From: Antedon mediterranea
Lineage: Eukaryota > Animalia > Echinodermata
Reading direction: 5' to 3'
NCBI RefSeq assembly: GCF_964355755.1
Contig: NC_092679.1
Coordinates: forward strand, 16,351,432 to 16,415,431
Length of the DNA: 64,000 nt
Part shown: positions 1 to 12,700 of the stretch, one piece after another
How the letters are laid out: each line of letters begins with the position of its first letter
Position numbering within the stretch: position 1 is the stretch's first letter
Translations under genes and position numbers: made by a program
Notes under the pieces: generated by a model
The model's database searches: none
The model's input: the letters and a program-made list of their open reading frames with translations, nothing else
What the model was told of the DNA's origin: nothing

Positions 1-248
1 AGAAACGTCTTGACTTGGCGGTGATGTCGGAGTTGAATCGAGACGAGTCGTCTATTTTATTGACAATAGTATTGTCAGGTGTATTTTTTTAGGTCCTCAG
101 GACATTAAACATGTCGTACGATGCTGCCCAAGTTTGCCTTAAGACATAGATTACAGTATATGGTTCTCGTCAGCCGCACTCATGCACATTTTTATTGTAC
201 ATTATGTATTTATTGGTTGTTTGTTTTTAACCTTTTCAGATTTTCAAA

Positions 249-425
249 ATGGTACTCAGGCTAATTCAAAACTATGGGTATCTATTTATATTCCCAACAT
301 TCGTTTACTTTGGATATTTAATGGATCAGAAGGCGGCGCGAGATTTAAGCGGATGGAAAAACCGCACACAATTATTCAAACGAGAACTGGGACCTAACGA
401 AACAGACCCTTGGAAGTCAAAATAA
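249..425 (+). CDS. NDUFB1: NADH:ubiquinone oxidoreductase subunit B1 (MNLL), 58 aa
   Basis: ATG at 249 just after a TTTTCAG acceptor. Translates MVLRLIQNYGYLFIFPTFVYFGYLMDQKAARDLSGWKNRTQLFKRELGPNETDPWKSK*: one TM helix then G-x-x-x-D ... KNRTQLFKREL-x-P-x-E-x-x-x-WK, matching the vertebrate NDUFB1 C-terminus ([20 protein letters not shown]). Below the 60-aa ORF-track cutoff. Confidence 0.85.
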   Translation: MVLRLIQNYGYLFIFPTFVYFGYLMDQKAARDLSGWKNRTQLFKRELGPNETDPWKSK

Positions 426-1215
426 AATTGTCATTGATAGAAATAAGACTACTGTTAATAAATAGTGCAGTTTACAGAATAAGATGGCGACGGATTAAAT
501 GAATTATTAAGAATGTTATATATCAAGTATGTTCCAACAGCCAACAAAATAACTGCCAATTATCTTTTGAGTTGGAAACTGATCTAGATTTCATTTTTTG
601 ATGTGGAGCTATTATTAACATGAAAGAAAGTCTACAGTAAGGATGGTTTTCAATTTAGATCACATGGTAGTTGATTTGACTTTTGACAGCAAGATTTGTC
701 CTTTAATTTAACAGTTTTGCAAGTGATTCATTACTTGGATTTTACAATACAAGTTTCAAGTATTATCAGTATGGCTTAATACCTGTGGAACAATAGAAAA
801 TGCATTGCAACATTTTGCTCTAGATGTAGACAGCTCAAATTCACCCATATTTCACAATGTGAAAGAAACAAACAGATTAAACAATATCAAAAACAACCAG
901 TTATAGAAATCACATAATTTTATTTAAAAATATAATACATCTGCTGTATTTAAATCCCTCAACTATGCACTGTATAAAAAAATGTATACCAGATATTACA
1001 ATTATGATTGTTATTAAATATGTTACATATTTTTTGTTAAGAATCTGATTTAATAGAACTGATTCTACTAGTAACATCCAAACATTTATTCCTTAAAAAT
1101 GATAACATAAAACATGATTTTGCAAACACATTGTGTAATAATGTTAATAAAATAGGTTGTTTATCAAAATGTTGTCAGCAGTTTCATTTTATTATGATAC
1201 AATGTCGTTTTCTCC

Positions 1216-4200
1216 CTATCTCATTGCTAATAATCTTTTACTCTTTAACTTTGAAACGGATTCTAGTTTCCGCAGAGCTTCTGTCCTTTTGTTTGCCTTT
1301 TCCAGTCGTTCTTTGAGTGCTTTTGACATTGCTATACCACCGTTCACTTCATTTTCTTTGCCTGGCATTTTAAAGTGAACTTTCTTGGGCGATTCCTTTG
1401 TCTTCAACACCCTGCTTGGATGCATTTCGTCTGAAAACACTAAGTGATGAATAGAAATAAAAAATATAAACGTTCGAATAAAAACAAAAGGTGTGAGTTA
1501 ATCTTGTGTGTTGTAGTGTTGCTATATTGTACGGCTAGAATGGTATTGAGGAAAATGGTGTCTTGGTACGCTCTCTATATTGAGTAAAGTAATACAGTGC
1601 AATTCAATATGCCAAGCTTCTGAAAATGTCCTACAGATTAGCTATGAGACAAACTGGTCGTCTTTAAGTAATGGGGCTTGTATAAGGGGATTGAAATCAA
1701 ATAATTGGTCTGTACCCACAGCATTTCCTTAACTTATACCAACCAATTTCGTCAGCTGTAAGGAAGCAGTCTGCTTCCTTACAGCTGACGAATATCTAAT
1801 GAATATCATCAAATGATAGAAAGATAAACGGTTTTGAAAAAAAAATAAATTATTGCAACAAACTTTTATGAAGACATCAATTTATATTAAAACCACATGC
1901 CACTAAATATTATATAATAATTGAATTCACATTTATTAGACAATACATAGTTACATTTTGTTATAAATAAATACTATTAAATACAATCTATATAAATATC
2001 TGGACTACTACTGTACTACTACTAATAACTTGTGACATGATATAACAAACATATAAATATACTTTTGAATTGATTGTTCATATACTGTATGTTTCCATTA
2101 AATTATAAATTAAATATTTAAAAAGAAATTGGTATGACATGATATTAACAATATACTGTAAAAATAAATTCTGTACTGAAATACATTTTTTTTCCAATTG
2201 CAATTTCTTAAATTTTCAAAACTAGCTCACTGCATGTAAGAGTAATTTTTATATTCAAATTTGTGTGAATGACCCTAGGGTTCTAAAAACTGTAAACAAG
2301 GTTTTAAGGGTACATTTCCACGAAACAGTATGTTTTAATGATATACATTGGTTGAATTTCCATAAGATTAGTATGAGGGTATATACTTTGAGGGTACTGT
2401 ACTCTCTATACAAATTTGATAAGATGAGGGTATAGGCCTATACCTAGAGGGTACTCTATATACAAATTTGAATACATATTTTCTGCAAATGGACTTATTG
2501 TTCATTATTTTGCTGCCCTAATACATGGAAATTAAATAGATAATTCTCGAGTCCAACATTGTTTCTACTTTATAAGCAATGATATGTCTTGGCACTCCCG
2601 GTCTTGTCTTTTATAAAGTCTGGATACCCCACAAACGGAGAATGATATGCTTGCGTTTTAATTTGCTGGGAATTGATTGAGGCTAAACATACTTGGAGTT
2701 GTTGTTGGTTAGTGGATATACAGGTAGTGGAGGAAGTTGGCGTATTTTGTCAACCTTTGAATAATGTTCGCCAACAAACGCTTTATAACCAATACCTTTT
2801 TCAGATTTGAGTTCGTGTACCCGGATGTTCGTCTTCAGAACCTGGCATTGTTTAAACATGGCTTCAGCTCTACAAAGAAATAATAGATGCATTAATAACG
2901 TATAATATTTGTGTGATGCACTCAAATATGGTAGTGTTATTATTATTATTATTATTATTATTTATTGCCAAAAACCAGTTACAAACAAACAAAAACACAG
3001 AAACTAAGGGAGTAGACAGGAACCTAAAAGTGAACCTAATCACTATAACAAGAGTTCAGGTTCCGTACTCCCAAAGTAACAACAATGATATAAAATAAAC
3101 TATATAAAAATATTTAAATAACAAATAGACGAATCAACAGTGTTATGACATCGTGTCCATAATATGGAACATTACTTTTGTCATATAAAGTTTGATAGTG
3201 TACACATAGTTTAAAGCTCTGTTTACACTATCAAACTTTATGCGATACATAAAGTTTGATAGTGTACATATAGTTTAAAGCTCTGTTTACACAATCAAAC
3301 TTTATGCGATACATAAAGTTTGATAGTGTAGACTAAGTTTAAAGCTCTGTCTACACTAACAAACTAGTTTGACAAAAAAAAAAGTGATGTGCCCAAATAT
3401 GGTAGTGATATTTTGTTTTTGTCACATAAAGTTTGATAGTGTAGACGGAGTTGAAAGCTCTGTCTACACTATCAAACTTTATGACAACAAAATATGCCTG
3501 TATATGGACATGATGATTTCATACCATATTTGGACAGATCACTACCATATTTGAGCACATCACACTTTTTTGTCAAACCAGTTTGTTAATGTAGACATAA
3601 GTTTAAGAGAGACAAAGTAATCACCTTTCAAATTTTTCATCTATTAACTTTTCTCGGATATTGAGTGTCTTTTCTTTCGTTTCCAGTTCTCGTTCACGCT
3701 GATCCAATTTTCTTTCTCGTTCCTCGATCTGTTTTTCTCTCAATGTTAACAACTCATCTTGTTGCTGTTGTAAATCTAGTTGTGTTGATGATCTTCTTTC
3801 ATTATCCTTTCTTAATCGTGGATGTTTTAGAATTTCTTCAATAGTTGGCCTAAGGATGGACTGTAATAAAATACTTTTTGTTTAAAGATTTTAATGTCTC
3901 CCAAAAACATGAAAAATAAAGATTAATTAAATCAGATTTTGAATAGGTTATTTTGTAGTTTTAATAAAGTTATCTTTCGTAGAAAAAAACCCCTGATTTT
4001 TCATTTTTTAATGTTTTCACTTAAAAATGACAAAATAAATAGTTAAATTCAACCAAAAAACCCATTGACTTGCAGCCAATTTGACATTTTTTGCTTATTA
4101 CAGTTTTTTTATGGAAATAAATTTCTAATGTCAAAGTAGATAACTATTATGAGACATTAATTAAAATGCATATTCAACAACAATTTTTATAATAATTATT

Positions 4201-7200
4201 TTTTCACGGGGACAATACATCTTTAAAGATGTATTTTCCTTCAAAACACACTTTACACTAAGATAAATAAAATCAAACATTTTTTTAGTTAAGTTATTCA
4301 CTTTCACTGAAAATGGGAGGTGCTATGTTGAAAGGGTAGCTCTGTAACAATTCTATTGTTATAGAAGAAAGTGTCTACTCTAAGTTTATGGTTGTCTGAA
4401 AAGGTTCAGTAGTTAAAAAAAGAAATGAGACCTAAAGAATGTTCAATGTTTAGTAAATAAGGCGTGCAGAATAACTAAACAGATCATTGGATTTGATGAT
4501 GTTTGTAACGTCAAAATCTATAAGGTCATTGCCATAATGAAAGATGAGGGCTACACATTGTAGAAAAAAACGCTTCCTCAATTCATTTTAATAACCGTTG
4601 TTAAGTCGTTGAATTTTGTTGCTATGTAATTTACCTCCGCCAAGGAGGTATATGTAATCGGTAGTGTGTGTTTGTTTGTTAGCAGGATTACACAAAAAGT
4701 AATTACAAAATCTTTACCAAAATGAATATACAGATAGATATGTGTTCAAGGACCATTCCATTAAATTTTGGGACCATGGTCCCAATTCTGGACCACTTTT
4801 TGAGTATACTTTTCCGACCTGCTAGTGTTAAAAGATATGTAACAAGTAAACTGAAATTGCATTTTCTCGAGAACTACTTGTCCAAAAAACTTCATTTTTG
4901 TACAAGAGGCAAGAGTTATAATTTGTGATTTGTAATTTTAAAACATAATTTGATTTAATGTGCTAAAGTTTTTTGATGTGAGTAGTTTAAAAACCTATTT
5001 CTTTTCAAATTCACTCGTTTGATTTTCGCGTTGCTGTTCTATTGTTGTCAACTGAAGCTATTGTTAATTGAAAGGCTTGTTACATAACCATTACACCAAA
5101 CTTGCATACACACGCTTGTAGTGAAATTAGCCTAAATCACAAACAGCATTAAGACACATATATATATATATATATATATTTACCGGAGAAATCTTATGTA
5201 GGAGAATTTTACAATAGGCGGAGGTATGCACTCTCGGAGTGGCTTTCTAGTTTTTATTGTATTAACCTTTTAACTTTGAGCAATTGTATGTCACAGAAAT
5301 TTTCGTATGGACAAATAAAATGAACTATATAAACTTAAGCAACAACATTTAATATGTGGTTAAGCAGAACAAGTGTCATGAATTAAGTTTTTTAAAAGTA
5401 GTGCTACATAATGTTATAAGATAGGAGATTCACAAAAATTGACTCTCATGTATCTTTGTCTTTCAATAAAACAAACAACTTACATTCACTTTTAACATTT
5501 GTGTTATAAGTATGTTCAGGTCACTGCTATACTGGTGGGGAATTCTCTTAAACGTTCCTTCTTTGATTTTAACTGAAAGTGCCTTTTGATTATTAGCAGT
5601 AAATGGTGGGCTGAAAAGATAAAAAATTCATATCATTCATGTGCCAATATATGGACATATCACTAACATATTTGGGCACATCACACTTTTTATGTCAAAC
5701 TAGTTTACCATATGATATTTATTACTAACCTGAGAGCACAGAGCTCATGGATGAGACAACCAAGAGACCAAATGTCTGATTTCTCATTATAAGATTGGTG
5801 ATTCATTTGTTCCTGAAAACACAATAAATTGCTTTAAACCTCTGTCTACACTATCAAACTAGTTTGACCAAAAAGTGTGATGTTCACAAATATGGTAGTG
5901 ATATGACATCCATCATGGGCACATCACTTTTTTGTCACATAAAGTTTGATAGTGTTGACAGAACTTAAAGCTATTAAATTAGTGTAATGAATATTTAGTC
6001 AATGTCTTTGAAATACAGTCAGTAACATCCAATTAAAGATTCTAATCGCTTAAACGCACACAAAACAAGCCATGAAATATCCTAACTCACTGGCGACATG
6101 TAGTATGGTGTGCCAACAAATGTTTTCGCAAAACTAGTATCATGTGACAGAACACGAGCCAATCCAAAGTCGCCTAACTTGACGTTATGGTTAGCATCAA
6201 GAAACACATTGGCTGGTTTCAGATCTCTGTGTAGGATTGCTCGGCCAGAACCTCGTCTATGACATTCTTGCAAAGCTGATGTGATTTGCGAAAGTATTTT
6301 CCAAACAAAATCCTCATCCAGATATTTCCTAAAAAATACAGTTAATAATTTAACAGATTTAAAAAATAATATTTAATAAGAAAAAATTTTATGGTTTTCA
6401 AGTTTCAAAACATTTATTTATTTATAAAAGATAATAACGCACAATGCAATAAAATAATGATATACAAGGTCAGAGTTTGAACACATCAGCCGCTCAGATT
6501 TTGGTCGCAGGAACAGTTTATGAACAGTACACTTCCCATCACGTAAAATGTAGTCCTCTCGTGTTGCACAATAATTTCAAAATCATGGGTATGGCATGGC
6601 AACATAAAAACTCGTACTTATTGGTTTAGTCATAATACTTACCTGCCTTTTTTACATCTTGGAAATCAGTGATATGATAAATGGATACCATGATAAATCT
6701 GTAGTCTTATTGTGTTGCACAACAATTTAAAAAAAACAAAACCCTGTTAATGGCATGCCACACAACATAAAAACTAATATGGTGCGCTAATTATGACAAA
6801 ACAAAGTACTGTACAACAATATTTACCTGTCTTTTTTACGTCTTGAAATCAGTGATGATAAATCTCCACCCTCACAAAATTCCATTACAATGTAGATGGT
6901 AGATTTACTTCGATCAACTATTCGATCATAGTAACGAACAATGTGCTGGTGTTTTAACTCTCTCAATAGGTTGACCTCTGACACAAGCATCTGCTTTTCC
7001 GTTTCTGACATGGTTCCATAATCCATCTCCTTCCATAGCAAAATCTATTAATTTGTTTTTGAAAATCTATTTAGTCCTTTTACTATTGCATCCAGTCAAC
7101 AATTATCAAGGTGTGACATACAAAAATCTATACAAACTAACTGGTCTTTTACTATTGCATCCAGTCAACAATTATCAAGGTGTGACATACAAAAATCTAT

Positions 7201-7810
7201 ACAAACTAACTGGTCTTTTACTATTGCATCCAGTCAACAATTATCAAGGTGTGACATACAAAAATCTATACAAACTAACTGGTCCTTTGGGATCTATTAA
7301 GGTGACACTTTTCCAGTGAATTGAATTTTCTGCAATATTTTAACACCATATGGTAAACCATATTCATGGGGATCACTATTGAGGACAGACTTTGTACAGT
7401 AGGGTCTTCAACGTCTCATTTTAATAGGGTTCTATAGAAAGAAATTTGTTTCATTGTACTGTATATATATATATATACACATGTTAATGTTATTTCTCGA
7501 TATTTTAATATATATATATTAATTTCTAAAACTGGCTGCATCTATGCCTAGTCGGAGATAAAATCCCTCCAGGCTAAATAGCTCTCCTGTATGTTATGAT
7601 ATCGGTGTATTGTAAGCCGGTTAGATGGCTGAATAGGCAGTGCTTGCGTTTCGCAATGTCATGCTGTAGTGTTAGAAAAAAAGCATTCATAAAATATTAA
7701 TACATCATTACAACCTTTCCATCTGCTTTTCGTCGTATTTTCTTACAGGTACCATATGAGCCGCTGCCAATCTTGTATAGTATTTCATAATCTTCCAGTC
7801 TTGAAGGCAT
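1216..7810 (-). CDS. NEK2: NIMA-related Ser/Thr kinase 2, 8 coding exons
   Basis: Exons 7810-7715, 7044-6827, 6328-6091, 5812-5730, 5610-5484, 3860-3625, 2869-2796, 1430-1216, all GT-AG and in phase. MPSRLEDYE start, EKQMLVSEVNLLREL, HRDLKPANVFLD, DFGLAR, GTPYYMSPE, coiled coil, KEN box (GKENE) and C-terminal LLAMR* (MR tail). A non-coding first exon probably ends at 9347. Confidence 0.95.
3150..3600. mobile_element. Cluster of tandem Harbinger/Tourist-like MITEs (abundant family)
   Basis: TIR AGCTCTGTCTACACTATCAAACT...AGTTTGATAGTGTAGACAGAGCT with TWA flanks. Other copies near 5838-5968, 12718-12848, 13397-13563, 21925-22068, 35805-36122, 37174-37343, 37700-38185, 41755-41960, 42598-42735, 48019-48156, 49941-50092, 58395-58505, 62086-62225. 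Confidence 0.85.
3885..4222. mobile_element. Kolobok-like MITE (TTAA flanks)
   Basis: Degenerate left end TTAA-AGAT..TGTCTCCC and right end GGGGACAATACATCT-TTAA; same family as 11250-12715 and 18180-18413. Confidence 0.6.
4631..5251 (+). mobile_element. Non-autonomous Helentron/HINE-like element, copy 1
   Basis: 5' TTACCTCCGCCAAGGAGGTA, internal GTTT and AT microsatellites, 3' GGCGGAGGTA (inverted to the 5' end), short hairpin CACTCTCGGAGTG, then CTAG in a T-rich site. Confidence 0.8.
7075..7288. repeat. 69-bp tandem repeat x3 in NEK2 intron
   Basis: Unit TTTTACTATTGCATCCAGTCAACAATTATCAAGGTGTGACATACAAAAATCTATACAAACTAACTGGTC. Confidence 0.95.
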
Positions 7811-7964
7811 TGTTACAATCTGAAACATTTAAAATGACAAAAGGTTTGAAAATACAGCAATATAATGAATTGGCAAAGAAAAATGATGGCAGATAAAGTT
7901 TCCAGCAAAATTCACAATTTTACCATTTTTAAACTAAATATAATGTAGTGTAAAATTGAATAAT

Positions 7965-8640
7965 TTACCTCCGCCAAGGAGGTATAGGTAATCGGTAGCG
8001 TGTGTTTGTTTGTTAGCAGGATTACTCAAAAAGTAATTACAAGATCTTTACCAAAATGAATATACGGATAGATATGTGGTCAAGGACCATTCCATTAAAT
8101 TTTGGGACCATTTGGGACCATGGTCCCAATTCTGGACCACTTTTTCGGTATACTGTTCAGACCTGCTAGTGTTAAAAGATAGGACAGAATTTTCCAAAAG
8201 CCGGTGAGCAGTCTTAAAGTAACAAATAAACTAAAATTGCATTTTCTCGAGAACTACCTTGTCCAAAAAACTTCATTTTTATATAAGAGGCAAGAGGTTT
8301 AATTTGTGATTTGTAAATTTAAAACATAATTTGATTTAATGTGCACGTTTTTTTGATGCGAGTAGTTTAAAAAACCTATTTCTTTTCAAATTCACTCGTT
8401 TGATTTTCACGTTGCTGTTCTATTGTTAGTCAACTGAAGCTATTGTTAATTGAAAGGCTTGTTACATAACCATTACACCAAACTCGCATACACATGCTTG
8501 TTGTGAAATTAGCCTAAATCACAAACAGCATTAAGACACAGACAAATATATATATATATATTTCTTTTTTACCAGAGAAATCTTATGTAGGAGAATTTTA
8601 CAGTAGGCGGAGGTATGCACTCTTGGAGTGTCTTTCTAGT
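7965..8640 (+). mobile_element. Non-autonomous Helentron/HINE-like element, copy 2
   Basis: Colinear and highly similar to 4631-5251 with the same termini. Confidence 0.8.
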
Positions 8641-9399
8641 TATTATAAGTGATTTTTAATCTTTTATTAGAGAATTGTGTTGTTTCTGTGTTGTAAAATT
8701 TGTTTGTTGTTTCTGTGTATTTTTACTTTTTTATTTCTATATTTTTATGATGATATGCATACATTACCAGTTTTTCCAAAGGAAATCTCTTTTTAATGGA
8801 CAAATAAAGATATTATTCTATGACTATGAAATATTAAGAGAGTATGTAGGTAGAATGATATTGGATTATTTCCATCCAAAAATCCATATTTAGGCTATAC
8901 TTACTGTAGTGTACTTTTAGGTCCAAATCTGAAAATAAAAAAAAATGATGTGATGATTCCTGGGCCTGGCAATACCTGTCCTAGCTTTTATACCTAAATG
9001 ACCGGCATTCAGGCTAGCCTAGGCTAAAACCTAGCCTCTTTCTAATACTTGGCCATAGGCCTATATCAGAAAATGTTGACGGCCGTTTCGGTCACACACC
9101 GCTAGGCCTAGCCTAGGCTAGGAGTAGTAGTAGTACTACTAAGTAGTAGACTAGCGGAGAGACTACCTAGCTAGCTAGGCCTCTAGCTAGGAGCTACGTT
9201 CAAACATGATTTTCTGTTACTAAATCAATCAAAAAATACTAATTTGTTAGTGATTTATCAATCAACTAGTTTGTATACTAAAATATTTAGGCAAACATTG
9301 ATTTAGTTAACACTTTCATAACATGTAAATTAACCCAAAAACTCACCAACATAAATAGCTTTTCTACATTAAACAGAAATTGTTTTCATAAAGAAATTC

Positions 9400-9475
9400 C
9401 GGCTTTTAAAGATGCCGCATTTCTTCTTGATTCTTATTGGTTACTTGAATTTCATAAGGCGATTTCTATTGGATA
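9400..9475 (-). promoter_or_regulatory. CDE/CHR-like element plus two CCAAT boxes in the NEK2/ATXN3 bidirectional promoter
   Basis: Minus strand reads TGCGG-CATC-TTTAAA (9419-9405). CCAAT at 9436-9440 and 9468-9472, 32 bp apart. Confidence 0.6.
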
Positions 9476-9740
9476 CAAATATAGGTCAAGGTTTATTAGA
9501 CTGTTGTACTTCAAAAAGAAAATGATGAAATAATTTCAGATGATTAAAAATTGTAATTTTGTAAATTAAAAATATTTTATACATTTCACATTACTCAATT
9601 TAGTAATTCATTGAAATAAATGATTATTAATGTACCAGTAATATATTTTACTAATGTTTGTCATACAGAAAATAAAGTCGGTCCCTTTTTGTAAATGGTT
9701 AAATCTAAATGATTCTCAAAATCTCGTTTTTGTAAACAAC

Positions 9741-12700
9741 ATGGACGACGATCCGATGGATTCGATCTTTCACGAAAAAGTAATTGATTAAAGTCTTAAA
9801 ATAAATTAAACATAACAAATACATTTAATATTTTGAAATGTATTTGCTTTATACACATTTTCTGTTAAAAACTTTACGTCTGCTCTGCATTATGTTGATT
9901 ATTAGTGTGCTAAGCCTTACTAGCAGGCTAGGTGAGACTCGTCGTAATCGGACGGAAGTACCCAGCCCGGCCCGGTGGTGGTTTGGGTGCGTATGTACCG
10001 GCCGACAGTTTGGCGGTGACGCTACCGGCCAATGGCTAGCATAAAACAATGTAATTTAGTTAATTTAAAGCATATAATTATGTTAAATTCGCGTTTAATA
10101 GTACTTTATTTGGATCTTACATTTTTTTTATTTTGTGCATTTAATTTATTTGGTTTGAAAAACAGTAGAGTAGCGCCAAATTATAATATAATTATAAATA
10201 ATAAAAAAATGACCACATCGTTAACGTTTTCTTTCTCTTGCAGCAAGAAGGTTCTTTATGTGCACAGCATTGCCTAAATTCACTCTTACAAGGTAAGGAA
10301 AACAAATAAAAACAATTCATCAGAATATAAGAATATATTAAATGTTTACGACATTAAATTGTGGAGATGGGATCATCTAGATCTAGGCCTACTCTAATTA
10401 GTATTACGAGGTTTACACATGTATTTAAATGAATTTTTGAGACGGGATCATTTACTCCAATTACGAGGGTTTGCGTAGTATGTATACTAGAGAATCTTTT
10501 AATATGTGTATTATATTGAGCTGTATTGTAAGGGATTTTACAAAATAATTTTAAATGTCATTTTTAGGACAGTATTTTAGTGCCGTGGATCTTGCAGATA
10601 TTGCACAACAGTTAGATGAAGCTGAACGCGAGAGAATGGCAGAGGGAGATGTCACATCTCAAGAATACCAACAATTCCTACAGGTACAGGTAGACCTAGT
10701 AGTATACCTTTAAGAAGACACCATTTTGTTATATACCGTAATGGAAAATTGTATATGAGGAATGATTAGAAAATTAATCCAGGATCTAGACACCCCTCTG
10801 AACTCTGTTTATAATAAATTTAAATAAATTTACGATGATGATATTATTATGTACCAACTTTTGTACCAACTTTCAAGCAATTAAATTATTATTATTATTT
10901 AATTATTGATGTCTATGTTTATCATTTCTTAGCAACCATCTAGCAACATGGATGATAGTGGATATTTTTCTGTTCAAGTAATCAGTGGTGCTTTAAAAAT
11001 CTGGGGTCTTGAGATCATGCCTTTTGCAAGTAGAGATGCTATAGGTGCTACAGTTAGTCCTGAGTAAGTTATTTTTTAATTAAAGAGATTTTCGACGATC
11101 TAACTAGGTCAGGTCAATCAATGTGTTGTCGGTCGTCGCCTGGACCTAGAAACCAGAAAAACTGTGTTCTGGGTGGGGAGCAATACATCCCAGTATGTGC
11201 ACAATGAATTAACATAAGTTTGCTTATTGGAAATCGAAAGCTCCCTTAAAGATGTATTGTCCCTTTGACTAATTCCCCCCCCCCCCCCCCCCCCCAAATT
11301 TTTTTTTTTAATTTCGAAAAAAAGTGGGTCATTTTGAAGTATCATAATAGTTATTAACTTTCACCAAAAATTAGTCAAAAAAAAAATAATTTAACCGAAA
11401 TACAGATGTTTTTTTGTTCAAAAAATAACTTTGACTTCCAGTCAAAGTTTTCAATCAAAACATATCCCATAATGCAATGCGCTTGTTTGGCTACTCTGTA
11501 CCGTATTTTCCGGAGTATAGGTCGAGACTTTGTGGGAAAATTTTAATTGCAAAATCGGGGGGTCGACTTATACTCCGACCATGCGATTTTTGAAAAAAAT
11601 CAGGCCGAAAAAATATGTTCAAAAGCCGTCAGCTGTCAAGGCCCAGCAAGGTCAGTGGCCTATCATCAATCACTCACAGAAGTTTTCAATTTAATACCTA
11701 GGCCTACATTGTACAAAATAATACAACTCCAACAAGTACTGATCAATAAAATATTAATATATCACAATGACTCATTTTGATGTTAATATTACGCTTTTAA
11801 GATAATTAAGAATAAATAGTTTTCTTTATGCTTCTTATTCACTCTCGCGAAAACATCGTAACACACACCACAGACGTCGGAATGTCCATGCAGCATGTTT
11901 GTTATTGCGCGATATTTTCATCTATACACATGCGCAGTTTGTTTGTTTGTTCGTAATTACAATTACTGCGCATGTCTATTCATAAAATAAATTCTCCTTA
12001 GTCGGGCGCGTGTACATTTACAGATAACGCGATTTACAACTACTCGCCTGTACAATTAATAAGCCTCCTAACGGAAAACTCGTTTTAATTTATTCGAGTG
12101 ACGCGAAAAACATCGCTGATGGCAAGTAACGCTACATCGCTGTCATTTATTATAGGCTGGTGAAGACGGCGGCGAAGTCGTCGTCATTACGTCCGTCCGA
12201 TATTGATTAGGCCTACACTTTAATAATATAAACAAATAACCACATTTCATACATTTCTAGCCCTCTTTGAACTTTAAAGTAAGTTGTGTTATTAGCCGAT
12301 TTTGGGGGTCGACTTATATTCAGGTCATACCAAAACAACGATATTCTAGGCCAAAGTTGGGGGTCGACTTATACTTGGGGTCGACCTATACTCCGGAAAA
12401 TACGGTATGCATAATCATAAAACTTCCTCGCGATCTGTGTGAAAACACCTTCTCAACCGTGATGAGTTGTAAACAATCCTAATTAACATCATGCATAATG
12501 CATACTCATGGTTTGAAATCTTTGTTTACTTTCGCTTGCGACGATTTCTCAGACGAAATGTAATCTAATTAATTTACCTGTTAATTACGTAAACTGTTGT
12601 TTTTGGCTCGAATTTTCGACTTAAAGTGAATAACTTCAATATTACTTTGATATGGCCAATTTAAATTTAGAATATTTTTTTTTTCTTTTTTTGTGTTTCA

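Noticed and set aside
182-397. 71-aa ORF from the track
   Set aside because: Wrong frame; the overlapping frame 249-425 gives the recognisable NDUFB1 protein.
7053-7319. 88-aa repetitive ORF
   Set aside because: Translation of a 69-bp intronic tandem repeat.
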